Notes under the pieces: generated by a model
What the model was told of the DNA's origin: nothing
The model's database searches: none
The model's input: the letters and a program-made list of their open reading frames with translations, nothing else
Position numbers and translations under genes: made by a program
Part shown: positions 35,483 to 47,560 of the stretch, piece after piece
Numbering within the stretch: position 1 is the stretch's first letter
How the letters are laid out: each line of letters starts with the position of its first letter
NCBI GenBank assembly: GCA_963769935.1
Contig: CAVYNY010000032.1
Span: forward strand, 1-64,000
Reading direction: 5' to 3'
Source: an uncultured delta proteobacterium
GTDB lineage: Bacteria; Desulfobacterota; Desulfobacteria; Desulfobacterales; JAFDCJ01
Length of the DNA stretch: 64,000 nt

Positions 35483-38400
35483 TCAAATTTCAGGCGCCTT
35501 TTCAAGTTGGCCTAGCGAAATTCGGCGGGTTTTTGCTGATCCGGTCAACTTCTCCTGCAACCTGCCAGATAGATATAAATAACCGGCGTAATGTAAAGGG
35601 TCAGAAACTGGGAAAAAATCAGACCGCTCACGACGGCAAGACCAGGGGGCGACGGGCTTCAGTGCCTGCGCCATAGCTGAAGGCGATGGGCAGGGTTGCC
35701 AGGAGCGCCGCTATGGTGGTCATCATGATCGGGCGGAAACGCAGAATGCAGGCTTCGAAAATTGCCTCATCGGGCTTTCGGCCTGCGGTACGCTGGGCGC
35801 TCAGGGCGAAGTCAACTATCATGATCGCGTTCTTTTTAACGATTCCGATAAGCATGATGATACCACAAAGGCATAGATGCTCAAAGAGAGTTTGAAGATG
35901 AGAAGAGTCAGCAGGGCGAGAAAGAGGAAGGAAGGAAGAGAGAATAGTAGGGGATGGAGGAAACTTTCGTAGAGGACGCTCAGTACGATATAGATGACCA
36001 TATGGCCATAAACAGAAACTAGCACATAACTTCATAGATTATGGAACTACTGGGCTGTGCTTGGAAGCTGGTAGTCAGGGAGGCAGGCAGACGAAGCTCT
36101 CTGACAAGTCTGCTGATTTTTGCAACGGCATCTCACAGAGAGACATAGGCCTTAGATAGAAGGACAAAGTGACAGATGGAAGCTGCGAGGTATGGTTTAC
36201 GGTAAAGGGTAAGACGCGCTGGATAAAAGTGGTCACAGATTACAGGGGGATCAGAAGGCCGGTGGATGAGCGGGTGTAGAGCATGCTAAGGGCTGACGGG
36301 TACCGTTGATAGCGGGGTTACACTTCCAGGATCACCTGGTATTAGTTATAGGATGCATATATGATAGAAAATGAAGAGAGATATAAGAGATGTAGAGGGT
36401 GTTAAATTGCTGGGAGTAAAGATAAGGAAGTAGATTTGTAGAGATAGATGTAAAGGAAGATTGAGAGCTGAAGATTGAAGGTAGATGGTAAAATATGTAA
36501 TATGTAAGGTAGAGCAGCTAGGTTAAATAATAGAGGAAAATGGTAAAGCTAAAAAATGGATGGAAATGGATGGTGTACTGGTAGGGGATATAGGTAAGAT
36601 GCGATAAAAAAGAATAATAGGGGGGTTATGCAGGTAGAATATATATAGGGAATATAGGAAGATAGAAAGAAATATATGGATAAGTAAGAAGGAGATAAGA
36701 AGGAGATATGTGAGAGGAGAGAGAAAAAAGATGAAAAATAAAAGAGTAGAAGATAGATGAAGAAAAGATAGCTAAGAAAAAAGAAATAAAAGATAAAAAA
36801 AGGGTAAAAGGAAGATGAAAAGGGAGAAAGATTATGGAGTAGAAAAAAGGAGAAGAAGGAGAAATATAGGGAAGATAAGGTGAAAAAAAAGATATGGTAG
36901 GTGTAATGAATGGGAATAAATAATAAGAGGATAAAGAAAAAAAGATAAGAAGTGGAAGAAAAAAGGATAAAAGAAAAAAAAAGAAAGAAAAGGAAGTGAT
37001 ATAAAATATATAGAGAATATATAAAAAGGAAAGAAGAAAGGAGAAGAAAAAATAATAGGAAGAAGAAAAAAAAATAAAAGGTAGGATATAAAGGTGAGAA
37101 ATAAGAAATATGATGAAAAGAAAGGGAGAAAGAGTAAAAGAGAAAAATAAAGATAAAAGAATAGAAAGGAGATAGAGACTGCAAACTAGCGCAGCAGCCT
37201 CTAAGAAATAAGGCCGGAATAAATGTAGGGAGAGAGTATGGATATAATGGTAAAGAAGATTATATAGAAAAGTAAAGGGAGGAAGTAGAAAAAATATTTT
37301 ATAATTAGATATGAAGGAAGATGTTTAAAGAATAAAAATGGAGTAATAAAAGACAAAAAAAAAAAAAAAGGAAAGGGAATAGAGGAGAGATAGTAAAGGA
37401 TGTAATAGAGCAGATGCATCAAAGCGAAAGTTGCAATAATAGAAAGAGGAAGTGCAGACTGGGAATGATGGTGGCTGGCAGGTCCGCAAAAAGAGAAAGA
37501 ACAAAAATGAAGACACCCATACATGAGAGGGTGAACTAGAGATACTGAATAGAGTAAAGGATGGATAGGGAGAGGTAGTAGAGAATGTAGAGTTAAACAG
37601 AAGAGGGAATCTGAGAGAGAAAGGTAGGCAGAAGCATTTTGATAGAGTAGACAACAGAGACGGTGTTTGTGCAGGGCTGGCGTTGAATGGACAGGATGAA
37701 GGCGCGCTGGTACTTGTACGAACTAGCGACTTTGTGATTTTACACGCTGTCAAGGACTAGGAGAAGCTGGTAGAGATAGAATAGGTGAGAGTTGCGATAG
37801 GAGACGATGAGAGGGCGGTATATGGAAGAGTACAGAAGCTGGAAGGTTGCGGTGACTGTAAAGCCTGGTAGTTTACGCTCAGGGCGAAGGTGGGAAGATA
37901 GACGTTGGCGTAGGCAACGCATCTAAGACTTCTTAGATTAACAGGCAGTAGGAGGTCAGGGCATTAGGGTTCAACTGGACGCGCAAGGCGTATTTTTGGG
38001 AGCAGAAAACCTGGACTTGCGAGACGCTGTACACATGGAAATACGCTGCGCTATGAGGGTTTCAGCATATTCATCTACAGTAGACAGCGGCAGGATGAGT
38101 GAGCTGAGAGACACAAGTAGAATAGACTGCTAGGCAGGGTTGACTTTGCGGAATGAAGGGGGATTAGGCATTTAAGGCGGGAGAAGAGTTGGGCGAGGGA
38201 AATGGAGTTGTGACGTACAGCGCGCATCATCAATATAGCGATTCAGCGAGAACTGCAGCGTAATCTGGGAGGTACACAAGGCACTGGTGGAGGTCATAGA
38301 GTACAATAAGGCGATAGTGGTAAACTGTAGTTACAGCGGCGTAGAGACTGAAGAGGACATGGTCTAGGGACTGGCTAAAGGCAGGCTGGCGGAGACTGGA

Positions 38401-38533
38401 TAGTGGGAAAATACACATTAGGCAGGGCACTGACCGGGAGAAGCAGATAAGCTATGATGCAGAAAAGGAGAATAAACGCTATAAACAGCGTAGTCATTAC
38501 GGGGCGGCGGATAAAATGTTCGGAGATACTCAC
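35483..38533 (-). pseudogene. MdtB/MdtC-like RND permease with extreme coding-strand G loss
   Basis: N-terminus [31 protein letters not shown]-terminus [34 protein letters not shown]. The ~3.05 kb span matches a full gene, but the centre is unreadable and purine-rich on the + strand. Confidence 0.8.
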
Positions 38534-38589
38534 TGAACTTATACTCCGTTGATTTGCTGGGAGCCTCTGCGATTTTAGACATGGGAGCA

Positions 38590-39703
38590 GGGAAAAAGAC
38601 ACAGCTGGCTGTCTATCACGACGTTCTCTACGTTTTGCAGTCCCTTATCTATAATCGCTTCCTAGTTAACGGTTCTTTACACAAAGATGGGCAGATACTA
38701 CGCGGTAAGGTCAGGTTTGACCACAAAAACATATTGCTACTACTGTACCGTTTGAACGCTAGGGAAGGAACCACTATCGCTCCGGGCTTCTAGTGAGGGT
38801 CACCACAACGTTTACAAACTGGCTCGGCCAAAGCGACTTGTCTTTGTTGGGGAAGGAGGCCTTGAGCTGTATGGTTACGGTGGAGGGATCGACAGTGTTG
38901 TCCATGAAGGTCACTTCGCCGTTGGTAACCTGATCCTCACGGCTCGCAACGGTTGCCCCGACTCGAGCTTGCCTGAAGCCATGTATTTCCTCACGTCGGG
39001 CAGATATTTTTCCGGGATGAAAAAATTGACGTAAATGGGACTTATCTGGTTAATAATTACGAGAGGGTTTGCAGCATCATTGGATTTGACGAGGTTTACA
39101 CGGTCAACCTTCAAGGCTCCGAGGCAGCCGTCGATGGGAGAATTGATGAAGCAGTGGCTCAATTGAAGCTTTCCATTTTCAATGGCCGCCTCGTCCGCCT
39201 GGACAGTAGCCTTGAGCGCCGCGGCATTGGCTATGACCTGATCGTGCTGCTCATGGAAACATACCCTTTTCCAACGACGGATGTAACGCGTTTGAGCTCT
39301 TAGAGGGCGTTTTCGAGCTGGGCATTGTCTTCGCCAGAGCGGCTTGCATCTGTTTAAGCTGGGCTTGGACAAACCTTGGATCGATCGTGAAAAGCGGGGC
39401 GCCTGCCGCCACGCATTGGCCATCCTTAAAGTGAACCGCTACCAACTCTCCATCGACCTGGGCCTTTACCGATACGGTAGCGTAGGCCTGGACAGTCCCT
39501 ACGGCCTGAATCTGGATGGGCACGGTTTTCTCAGTCACGGCCTGGACGCTGACGGGCAAGGTCGTCTCTGCGGTGGGCAGCGCTTCGGGCTCAGAAGCAG
39601 CGTCTTTGAACAACGGCAACAACATTCATGACTACTAAGAGTGAAATCATGCAGCGCAAAGACGAGTCTGGAAAGATGAATAAATTAGATGGCGTTTTCA
39701 TGG
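38590..39703 (-). pseudogene. MdtA-like RND periplasmic adaptor, frameshifted (ends approximate)
   Basis: VGTVQAYATVSVKAQVDGEL..LFTIDPR; INSPIDG; LVIINQISPIYV; found in several frames. Confidence 0.8.
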
Positions 39704-39838
39704 ATATTTGTATCCTTATAACTTGATCCTTTTTAGAGCGACAGGTGCTCGATCCTCTGCAGGAGATCTGAGAGCGGAAATAGTGTTGGTGCCGGCGCTT
39801 TAATCGCATGGACACTCAGTGCACGCGGCTCGAGTCTA

Positions 39839-41213
39839 CTCAGCTCCGGGGACGGAAATGCCATCCTCCCCGAGGGCTTTGAAAAGGCTTATCAAAGCTG
39901 TTGAAACTCCCTGCTCGTTCTGGACGAGTTGGTCTTACCTGAAATAAGGACGCCGACTCTGCAGGACGTTAGAAAGTCTACCAGGCCTTTAACATACAAT
40001 TCACTGGAGATATCAACGGCTTGACGGTTGGCCGTAACGCTCCACGAGGGAACGGCGCGTCTCCTGATTCTTAGAGTAAATGACAATGGCATTTCAACGT
40101 CCTCCAAGGCCCGAGGACCGTATTCTCATAAAAAAGGAGCGCCTGTCCTGACGGGCGCTTTGCACCTCGATCGTCGCTCTGATTTTGCGGCGTCAAAAAG
40201 AGGCCATTGCACGCTGGGTCCGGAGTCAAAAGCGGCTGTCCGGGGTCACGAAATCCGAGGCCTTCGTGCTTAGCAGGCCATACGTGCCGGTCACGAAAAG
40301 CTTGGGAACAGGGCAGCTGTTGCAACCCTATGCGGGCAGTCGCCGCCGCAAGTTCGCGCTCGGCACGGCGGATGTCAGGGCGTCGGCGCAGAATCCGATG
40401 GTAAGCCGATCGGCACTTGCGGCGGCACCGGCGGAATGGATCCCTCTTCAAGAGTTCTCCAAGCAATGCTTCCGGCTCCAAGCCAGGAGTACGGCCAAAC
40501 GATGGATCGCTTGCGGATAGAGATTCCAGGGGAGGGACCTTGGCCTCCGTTGTCGCAAGCAGGGTTTGCGACTGAGCAACGCCAGAATATTGCCAGGCCG
40601 GCCTCATATCGCCCCCGCGTAGATACAGGGTCTGCTGTTCTGATTTGATATTTTCCCGGGCGATGGCGATCCGGCGCTGATTGCCGCGTACCGCGAGGTA
40701 GTTTGCGGCAACCTCTCCCAGTAACGTCACCAGGACATCACGGCGATTCTCCTCTGAAGCGGCAAAGTGAGCTTCGGCCGCCTCACAGACCGCCGCACAC
40801 CGCCGAACAGGTCAATTTCCCAGCCGGCATCGAAGCCGGCCTGAAACAGGTTGTAATCGTTGCCCGCCTGGTTGGTTGAGGTGTTCTTACTCTGACTGAT
40901 GCGGGTGTATGATCCTGAAGTATCAATGGTCGGGTAGGCCTGTGAACCGCTATCTCAGATGTGCCGTGCCTCACGGATGCGAGCCTGGGCCAGTTCAGGT
41001 CCTTATTGAACGAACGGCGCGATCGATGAGGGAGTCGAGTTCTTTATCCCCGAAAAGGGTCCACCAGCGCAGCACTTCCAGTGGGCCGGCCGAGAGTCCT
41101 GCGCGCTCTGTCTCTTCCCAGTTGGCCGGGACCACGGGCTCGGGTTTCCGATAATCTGGACCGACCGTGCAGCCGAGGATAGAAACTAACAACAAAAATC
41201 CAAAAGCTCGCAT
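39839..41213 (-). pseudogene. NodT/OprM-type efflux outer-membrane lipoprotein, frameshifted
   Basis: ILGCTVGPDY, WWTLFGDKELDSLIDRA, LLGEVAANYL, LRRRPDIRRAERELAAATARIG. Confidence 0.85.
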
Positions 41214-41284
41214 TGAAAACCTGTCCCTTCACCGCCACGGAAGCATTTAGAAAGACTCCTAATTGTTGAGGCGTTTATTTTTCT

Positions 41285-41437
41285 TTAAGGGTAAAGGTCG
41301 TTTTGATGGAATGTCTGGCGCGGTTGGTTGACGGCAGTTTTCAGGGGGTTTGTATCGCGAATGCCACGAGAGCCTCCTGATGAGCAAATAATCCGATCAC
41401 GGAATTCAAAAATTTCCGATATGGCAAGATAGCGCAT
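41285..41437 (-). pseudogene. Truncated Doc/Fic toxin, preceded by an antitoxin 3' remnant (..KLYKRLA, TGATG overlap)
   Basis: Hand translation MRYLAISEIFEFRDRIICSSGGSRGIRDTNPLKTAVNQPRQTFHQNDLYP*; stops before the catalytic HPFxDGN motif. Confidence 0.7.
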
Positions 41438-41768
41438 CAGGCCAGCCGTTTATAAAGTTTCTTATTTAAAAAAAAACGTCAATATCGACCTAAAATACAT
41501 CATCATCCCAAAATTCTCAAGGATAATTACCAGATAACCCCTAAACGCCGCAGTCGGCGCAATTTTTGCTGTATTATAAGGCGCTTATTGATGAAGTCGG
41601 AGTGAATGGCTATAATGGAAGTGCCGACATGCATAATCGCTTAAAATATGGACAGAATACACAAGATTTCAGATATAATCTTTGGAAAAAGCATTGATCC
41701 GGTCTGATAGTATACTTATTTTTAAAAACCATGCTAACTCTACAGGGACAATTCATAAGGAGCCGAAC

Positions 41769-41903
41769 ATGACCTTTCACGTATCGTTGCAGCCGTTATT
41801 GGCAATCATAGCAGGGGTCCTGATCCTGGTTAGGCCCCGCCTGTTAAGTCACATCGTTGCCATATTTTTGATTTTATTCGGCATCCTGGGTTTGGTTCGC
41901 TAA
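41769..41903 (+). CDS. DUF3096-like small membrane protein
   Basis: QPLLAIIAGVLILVRPRLLSHIVAIFLILFGILGL; AAGGAG RBS. Confidence 0.85.
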   Translation: MTFHVSLQPLLAIIAGVLILVRPRLLSHIVAIFLILFGILGLVR

Positions 41904-42130
41904 ATTAAAATTCAATTTGGAGACGGAGATAAAAAATGAACTGAAGAAGGCGATCGACATGATGCGATCACAATATTTCAGGGATGAGGCCAGGCAAGAG
42001 AAAGTATGGCCGCCGATTGTATCACCAGACAAAAGATATCTTCCGATTGCGCCTGCTGTTGGAATTGCAGCCGATAAAGAAAAGGTGATAATCAACGATC
42101 GGATAAACGTTTTTCAAAATTCTGTCGAGA

Positions 42131-43951
42131 ATGTCTATGGATTCAACGCCAGAAAAAATGGGTTCTCGCGAGGGCACTGATAATAAAGAGTTTTCGAGCG
42201 CCGCCGCCGAGAAAAATCATATGGATAGAGCGGCCGTTATCACCCCGTTGCCGCACCGGTATATCATTAAAGATTCAAACGACGGCCGAATTCTGACCTG
42301 TCTCGAAACACCCAATATTGCAGTTCATATTGAAGCCGGAATGACGATCTCCGCCTCAGCCGCCCGCAAGTCGTCTCCCGGCGCCATATACCTCGACGGC
42401 GCCGCTCAAAGTGAACCTTTCATGGATAATGAGAAGCAGATTTACAACTTTGACCACCATGAAGGATGTTTGCGGCCGTTTACGCTTTCAACCTGCGAGC
42501 AGGTCCTGGTAATGATTTTTAAGGGCCTGGACCTGCGCGGCCGGGATTGGAGGGTATTTGCCAACGAACCGGACTTGGACACAATCCTGGCAATCTGGCT
42601 CATTTTAAACCATCTGCGGATTCAAAAAAAAGATTCCGGCCGTCTGCAGTTCTTATATGCGCTGGTTCGGCTGGAGGGTATCATAGATTCTCACGGATTG
42701 GAAATGACCGGGTTCAGCGGATTGCCACCGGAACTTGTTAAAAAAACAAAAAAAGTGATCGACTATTTGCGTGCCGAAGAAATTGATTTAAAAAAGAACG
42801 CTATATGGGAGGAAATCGACCGCCTGGAACACACCGCCTTGATATTGCAGAAAATCGACCGAATCATCTACAGATCCAATGATCTGGCCGATTTTAAAGA
42901 ACTAAGCGAACTGTCACGGATTGAATTGGGAGGCAGCCGCATTGCCGTTGTCGTCGAAGCCGATCTGGGCATTTACGAGCTTGAACCCCACCTGCAAAGG
43001 GTGTATGGCGAAAGCATCGGGCTGGTGATTCTCAAAAAGGGAGAAGGCATTTATACTCTGCGTCGTTTAGATCCCTTCATGCCGGGTGATCTGAATGACG
43101 TGTATCGAATATTGAACTATATTGATCCCGCCGTCCGATGCCGCACAAACAGCAATCAATGGGGCGGATCCGGCGACATTGGCGGCTCGCCGCGAGGAAT
43201 TTCTACCAAACTGAGCCCCGCCGAAATTGCCCAGGCCTGCCGCGACGCCTTTCAGAATCCCAGACCGGCCGCCTATGTGATTCATTTTATCTATGCCCTA
43301 ATGGCAGTAATTGCAATAGTTGGGGCGGCTGTCGCAAGCGATTTATATCTTCCGTCCGGTTCCTGGCTCAACAAGACACCTGCACTCGGGCTGGTTTCAA
43401 AAACATATTTTTCTTTTTTCGGCGCCCTAGTATTTTTCACGGCCGTCGTCATCTTTTTGATATCACGACGGCGGTTGTGGCGATTTGGATTTGGCATCCC
43501 GCGCGGCAAAGATTGGTGGATTTGTTTGCCGGTTGTCCTGCTGGCTGCGATGGCAAACGGTGTCTATTTTCCAAATTCAGCTTTTCAATTTTTGAATTTC
43601 AATAAAAGCATAGTATATGTTTTTATCGCCATTCCTTTGGCATCCGAGTTGCTGTTCCGTGGTTTGGCCTACGGTATTTTAGCCGGGGACATCGGTGTTC
43701 AGAGCTGCAACACCCCATGGTCCTTTTCATATGCAGCGGTTGCTGCGGCAATTTTGTATGCCGGCTTTATCACATGCCTCACGTTCCTTCCGGAGATGTC
43801 CCAGGGAGCATTTCAAGCGAAAATCGTTGCCGAAACCGCCTTTGCTGCATTTGCCTTTGGACTCGCCAATGGCATTGTCAGGGAAAGGAGTCAGAGCATC
43901 CTCCCGGCCGTTGTTTTTCACGCCATGGCCATGGCTGTTTTCGTCTTTTAA
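42131..43951 (+). CDS. DHH-like hydrolase domain fused to a CPBP/Abi-like multi-TM domain
   Basis: YLDG, NFDHHEG, NEPDLDT, WGGSGDIGGSPRG; C-terminal TMs with SELLFRG and RERSQSILPAVVFH. Confidence 0.7.
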   Translation: MSMDSTPEKMGSREGTDNKEFSSAAAEKNHMDRAAVITPLPHRYIIKDSNDGRILTCLETPNIAVHIEAGMTISASAARKSSPGAIYLDGAAQSEPFMDNEKQIYNFDHHEGCLRPFTLSTCEQVLVMIFKGLDLRGRDWRVFANEPDLDTILAIWLILNHLRIQKKDSGRLQFLYALVRLEGIIDSHGLEMTGFSGLPPELVKKTKKVIDYLRAEEIDLKKNAIWEEIDRLEHTALILQKIDRIIYRSNDLADFKELSELSRIELGGSRIAVVVEADLGIYELEPHLQRVYGESIGLVILKKGEGIYTLRRLDPFMPGDLNDVYRILNYIDPAVRCRTNSNQWGGSGDIGGSPRGISTKLSPAEIAQACRDAFQNPRPAAYVIHFIYALMAVIAIVGAAVASDLYLPSGSWLNKTPALGLVSKTYFSFFGALVFFTAVVIFLISRRRLWRFGFGIPRGKDWWICLPVVLLAAMANGVYFPNSAFQFLNFNKSIVYVFIAIPLASELLFRGLAYGILAGDIGVQSCNTPWSFSYAAVAAAILYAGFITCLTFLPEMSQGAFQAKIVAETAFAAFAFGLANGIVRERSQSILPAVVFHAMAMAVFVF

Positions 43952-44036
43952 AGGACAAGGTTTATGCTAACATTGAAAGCCTGTCCCTCCGGGTCAGGAT
44001 TGTTTACCGCTACAAAATTTTTTGATGAAGCCTCTG

Positions 44037-45167
44037 TTATTCGAGGAAAAAATGCAGCCCTAAGCCGAAAAATTGTATATTGTTTTCATAAAATTGTCCG
44101 TTGGGTGAATTTCCGTTGTAATACTCAAACAGCAACTGAACCTTGCGGCTCAGAAAATCCGGATTTTCAAACTGAATTCCGGCGCGGGCCGACACGTCCG
44201 TGTTCCAGTTGCTTTCCTGTCGATTCTGGATATCCAGCGCCACTACCGGGCGCAGCGCCTCTTCAAACCAAGACTTCTTGCCACGGTACTCCAGTCCATA
44301 CTCAACGGACCACGGGTCCAGATTCGACGGGTCCCGGTGAAAAAGGTAGCCCCCACCGGCATAAACGCGGAATCCGGCCGGCAAATTATAGGAAAGCAGA
44401 CTGTTTACGCTTTCATAGCTCAAATTGATGCGCTCATCGCTTTGCCCGCGCAAAAGGTACTCGTCGCCCAGATGGGAACTCTGATGAAAAACGCGCGTCA
44501 TATTGGAAAAATCGCCTTTCTTTAGCGTTAGAGGGATGCCGACCATATAGTCCGCGTTAATCAGATCAAAGGATTGGGAATCGAGGTCGAAGATGGAAAA
44601 AACTCCTGCCTGGACTCCAAGCTGCATAGTTGACTTCCATGGTCCGCGAAAACGGTACAGGCCGATTGACTCACCGAAATTGGTGGACGCCACATTGCGG
44701 AGCTGGTCGTTGCTTATATATCGCTGAAATGAGGCTGAAAAATGCGGCCACCGCGGGTCGCCGAGCAAAGGTTGAAACAGCAGGGATTTAGGCAAAAACA
44801 CCGGCAGATGCACACCCGGCTCTGAAGTTTCTTTAAATGCTTTCGGTTGAACACCTGCCGCTTCCGTCGGCTTGCTTTCCGGGACAAATTCAATCCCCAG
44901 GACGCCGGGCACATCGGAAAGCATTTTGCGCAGCTCCGTTTTTTCTTCTTCTGATAATGACTCACCCTGAAGGTATATCACACCGGCGGCGACCCTGATG
45001 GATTCGACGGTGCCGGGATAATTCATGGCAACTACGGCTGTTGCGTAACCCTGGATAAATTCATCGCCGGGCAGCGCGGCCTGCACTCCCAAATCTGTAA
45101 ACTGCCATAAGGCGAACAGCGCCAATATCCAAATCCGGATGGTCTGTTTCTTCAAAAGATTTATCAT
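44037..45167 (-). CDS. DUF1207-like exported (outer-membrane beta-strand) protein
   Basis: Signal peptide; LFQPLLGDPRWP, DLINADY, HQSSHLGDE, EYYNGNSPNGQF. Confidence 0.75.
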   Translation of the reverse strand: MINLLKKQTIRIWILALFALWQFTDLGVQAALPGDEFIQGYATAVVAMNYPGTVESIRVAAGVIYLQGESLSEEEKTELRKMLSDVPGVLGIEFVPESKPTEAAGVQPKAFKETSEPGVHLPVFLPKSLLFQPLLGDPRWPHFSASFQRYISNDQLRNVASTNFGESIGLYRFRGPWKSTMQLGVQAGVFSIFDLDSQSFDLINADYMVGIPLTLKKGDFSNMTRVFHQSSHLGDEYLLRGQSDERINLSYESVNSLLSYNLPAGFRVYAGGGYLFHRDPSNLDPWSVEYGLEYRGKKSWFEEALRPVVALDIQNRQESNWNTDVSARAGIQFENPDFLSRKVQLLFEYYNGNSPNGQFYENNIQFFGLGLHFFLE

Positions 45168-45511
45168 ATCTGCCTCCTTGGAGATAAATGTTGGCCACTC
45201 GCGCGACTATAGCATGAATTCCAAAATTATATCTTTGTAAAACGGATTTCAATGGATGAGAGATTGTCCACGTCCCTTTCAAGGGGGCTTCCCGCTCAGC
45301 TTGTCCCGCGCACGGGTGTCGGATCGGGCAATTTATGGTCGAGGCCGGTGACGGCCGCCGGGGTCGCGTCAATTCGGTTAGAGATGTGGAAGCTCGACGT
45401 CCAGGTCGGCAAGCCGGCCTGCTCGGCCTGCACCAACCGGGGACAAGGGCTCGGGGCGGTTGGCCAGGACACGCCAAAGGGGCTCTCCGGTTGCAACTCT
45501 AATTTTATAGT

Positions 45512-46293
45512 CTAGGCCACCGTTGCCCGTACATAGCAGAAACAGGCACCCGTTTTTCCGGCCGATGATCCGTCCTTGAGGGTGAGATACCTTTTCTGCA
45601 TGTCTTCCGGCGTAAGATGTTCAATAAGGGCCAAGCCTCTCTCCGAGAGAAAGGATCCTATCTCTTCTCTTTTGATAGTGAACTGCATGCGCTCGCCGGG
45701 AGAGTGGGTTTTCATGAATTCACGATGTTCTTTTACACCGTAAGCCTCGTCCATACCGGGAAAAGTGCCGTAATAGTCGAAACAGACGGTGCTGCCGCAC
45801 GGCGAGTTTTCCCGGATGAAGCCGAGCGTGCTATCGATCGCCTCCGCGGGCAGATAATAGGTTACCCCTTCCCAGATATAGAGCGACCTTTGTTCTTTGT
45901 CGAAGCCCGCTGAAAACAGGGCATCTGTTCCACTGTCTTCTCGGACGCCTTCACCTCGCTTATGATACCAATCACATTGCCGGAAGGGTCCTTCAACGTG
46001 GCCGTTCTCATCCCGACCATCGTTGTCAGGTCTGTGTGGGGGGTCGCCCCCAGTTCGCACAACCGCCGGTGGGCTAAAACGGCATCCTCCACGGCCCAGT
46101 AAACGATGGCCCCATCCTGCGCGTTTGATGATTTTTCACGCGGTGCCAGGCTCAAGACAGATGGGCCGACAAGGAATGCTACTCCAACGGGCGAATCGAA
46201 CACCGGCTCCTTACCGAGGACCTGCCGGTACCATTCCTTGGCCTTTTTCAAATCGGATACGCCATAGACGATCCTTCCCGGACTCTTGAAAAT
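45512..46293 (-). pseudogene. VOC/glyoxalase + LCM-type SAM methyltransferase fusion, internally deleted and frameshifted; start codon reads ATT
   Basis: VOC: AKEWYRQVLG..VYWAVED..KDPSGNVIG. MTase C-half: IWEGVTYYLPAEAID..VCFDY. The MTase N-half is missing. Confidence 0.7.
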
Positions 46294-46396
46294 GTTCTTC
46301 TCCTAAAGGCTTCCCGCCGGATATTGCGGTTTTAATATTAGACATCGGCTTACCTCCATGCAATAAAAAAAGATATAACCATCGGTTTCACTGTTG

Positions 46397-47509
46397 TTAA
46401 CGGTGAGCACTGTCTATGGCCTGCTTTAAGTCTGCGATCAGGTCTTGTCCGTCTTCGCAGCCAACGCTCAAACGAATGAAACCTTCTGCGACTTTGTCGC
46501 CGCCCCAGCGCGCACGCCGTTCTGCAGTCGTATGCAATCCGCCGAAGCTGGTCGCTTCAAATACCAGGCCGCAGTTCCCCAGGAATTTTTCAGCCAGAGC
46601 CCGATTTCCCAATTCAAAACTGATGACCGGACCGAAGAAATTCATTTGGCGCGAGGCCGTTGGATAGGCCGGGTCTGTGGGCAGCCCCGGATAGCGCAAT
46701 CCTTGAACTTCGGAACGCGAAGCGAGGAACTCCGCAATCGCCAGCGCATTTTTGCCCTGACGTTCAATCCGCATATCCAGCGTAGCCAGGGATCGGTGGG
46801 CCAGCCAGACTTCCATCGGCCCCGGGGCTGCCCCCATTTGCGTTCGCCATGTTCGAAGTTTATTTGCCCAGTCAGCGTCACGCACCGACACATGACCCAG
46901 AATCAGATCGCTGTGCCCCGTTGTGGCCTTCGTATCCGAGGAAAGCGAAAAATCAGCGCCCAAGGCCAGCGGCTGCTGTCCAAGACAAGACGGCGTGGTG
47001 TTATCCACCACCACCAGCGCCCCGGCGGCATGGGCCGCTTCCGACAACACAGCAATGTCACAGACGTCCAGGCAGGGGTTGCTGGGGGTCTCCAACCACA
47101 GGAGTTTTGCGCCCTGGAGATGCTCCTTTTGGGCGTTGCCTGCGGTGGGAGCAAGACGGACCTCCACGCCAAGGGTCGTGAAAAACCCGCCGGCGATCAT
47201 GCGGGCCGTGTAGTAGGCGTCCGACGGCATAACCAGACGGTCACCCGATTTAAGCGTCAAACCGAGTGTGGCCGCAACCGCCGCCATGCCGGAGGAGAAA
47301 ACCACGGTATCTGTGCCTCCCTCCAGTTCACTGATGGCCCTTTCGTAGGCGGTCCAGGTTGGATTGTGATAACGTCCATAGGTGTAGGGCGAACTTGCCG
47401 GATCGCCGGTCAAGTGGTATGCCCCCGCGAAGGTGGGACCAGGCAGGAAGGCCTCACCTTGCGTGATGTCGGGCAAGCCTGCTCGGACTACACGAGTTGC
47501 ATTTTTCAT
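46397..47509 (-). CDS. Cystathionine gamma-lyase/synthase family PLP enzyme
   Basis: YGRYHNPT, FSSGMAA, WLETPSNP, VVDNT, SDTK..GHSD, TSFGG, IRLSVGCE. Confidence 0.9.
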   Translation of the reverse strand: MKNATRVVRAGLPDITQGEAFLPGPTFAGAYHLTGDPASSPYTYGRYHNPTWTAYERAISELEGGTDTVVFSSGMAAVAATLGLTLKSGDRLVMPSDAYYTARMIAGGFFTTLGVEVRLAPTAGNAQKEHLQGAKLLWLETPSNPCLDVCDIAVLSEAAHAAGALVVVDNTTPSCLGQQPLALGADFSLSSDTKATTGHSDLILGHVSVRDADWANKLRTWRTQMGAAPGPMEVWLAHRSLATLDMRIERQGKNALAIAEFLASRSEVQGLRYPGLPTDPAYPTASRQMNFFGPVISFELGNRALAEKFLGNCGLVFEATSFGGLHTTAERRARWGGDKVAEGFIRLSVGCEDGQDLIADLKQAIDSAHR

Positions 47510-47560
47510 AAGACACCTCATCCCCCAGTTGCCGGTCATGCAAAATCCCAAGAAAATATT

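Noticed and set aside
36549..37753. Phe/Leu/Ser/Tyr-rich ORFs resembling membrane proteins
   Set aside because: They are by-products of the G-depleted stretch inside the RND permease gene, not real genes.
35870..38533. Diversity-generating retroelement as the cause of the hypermutated region
   Set aside because: No reverse transcriptase or TR/VR pair, and the changes affect G rather than A.
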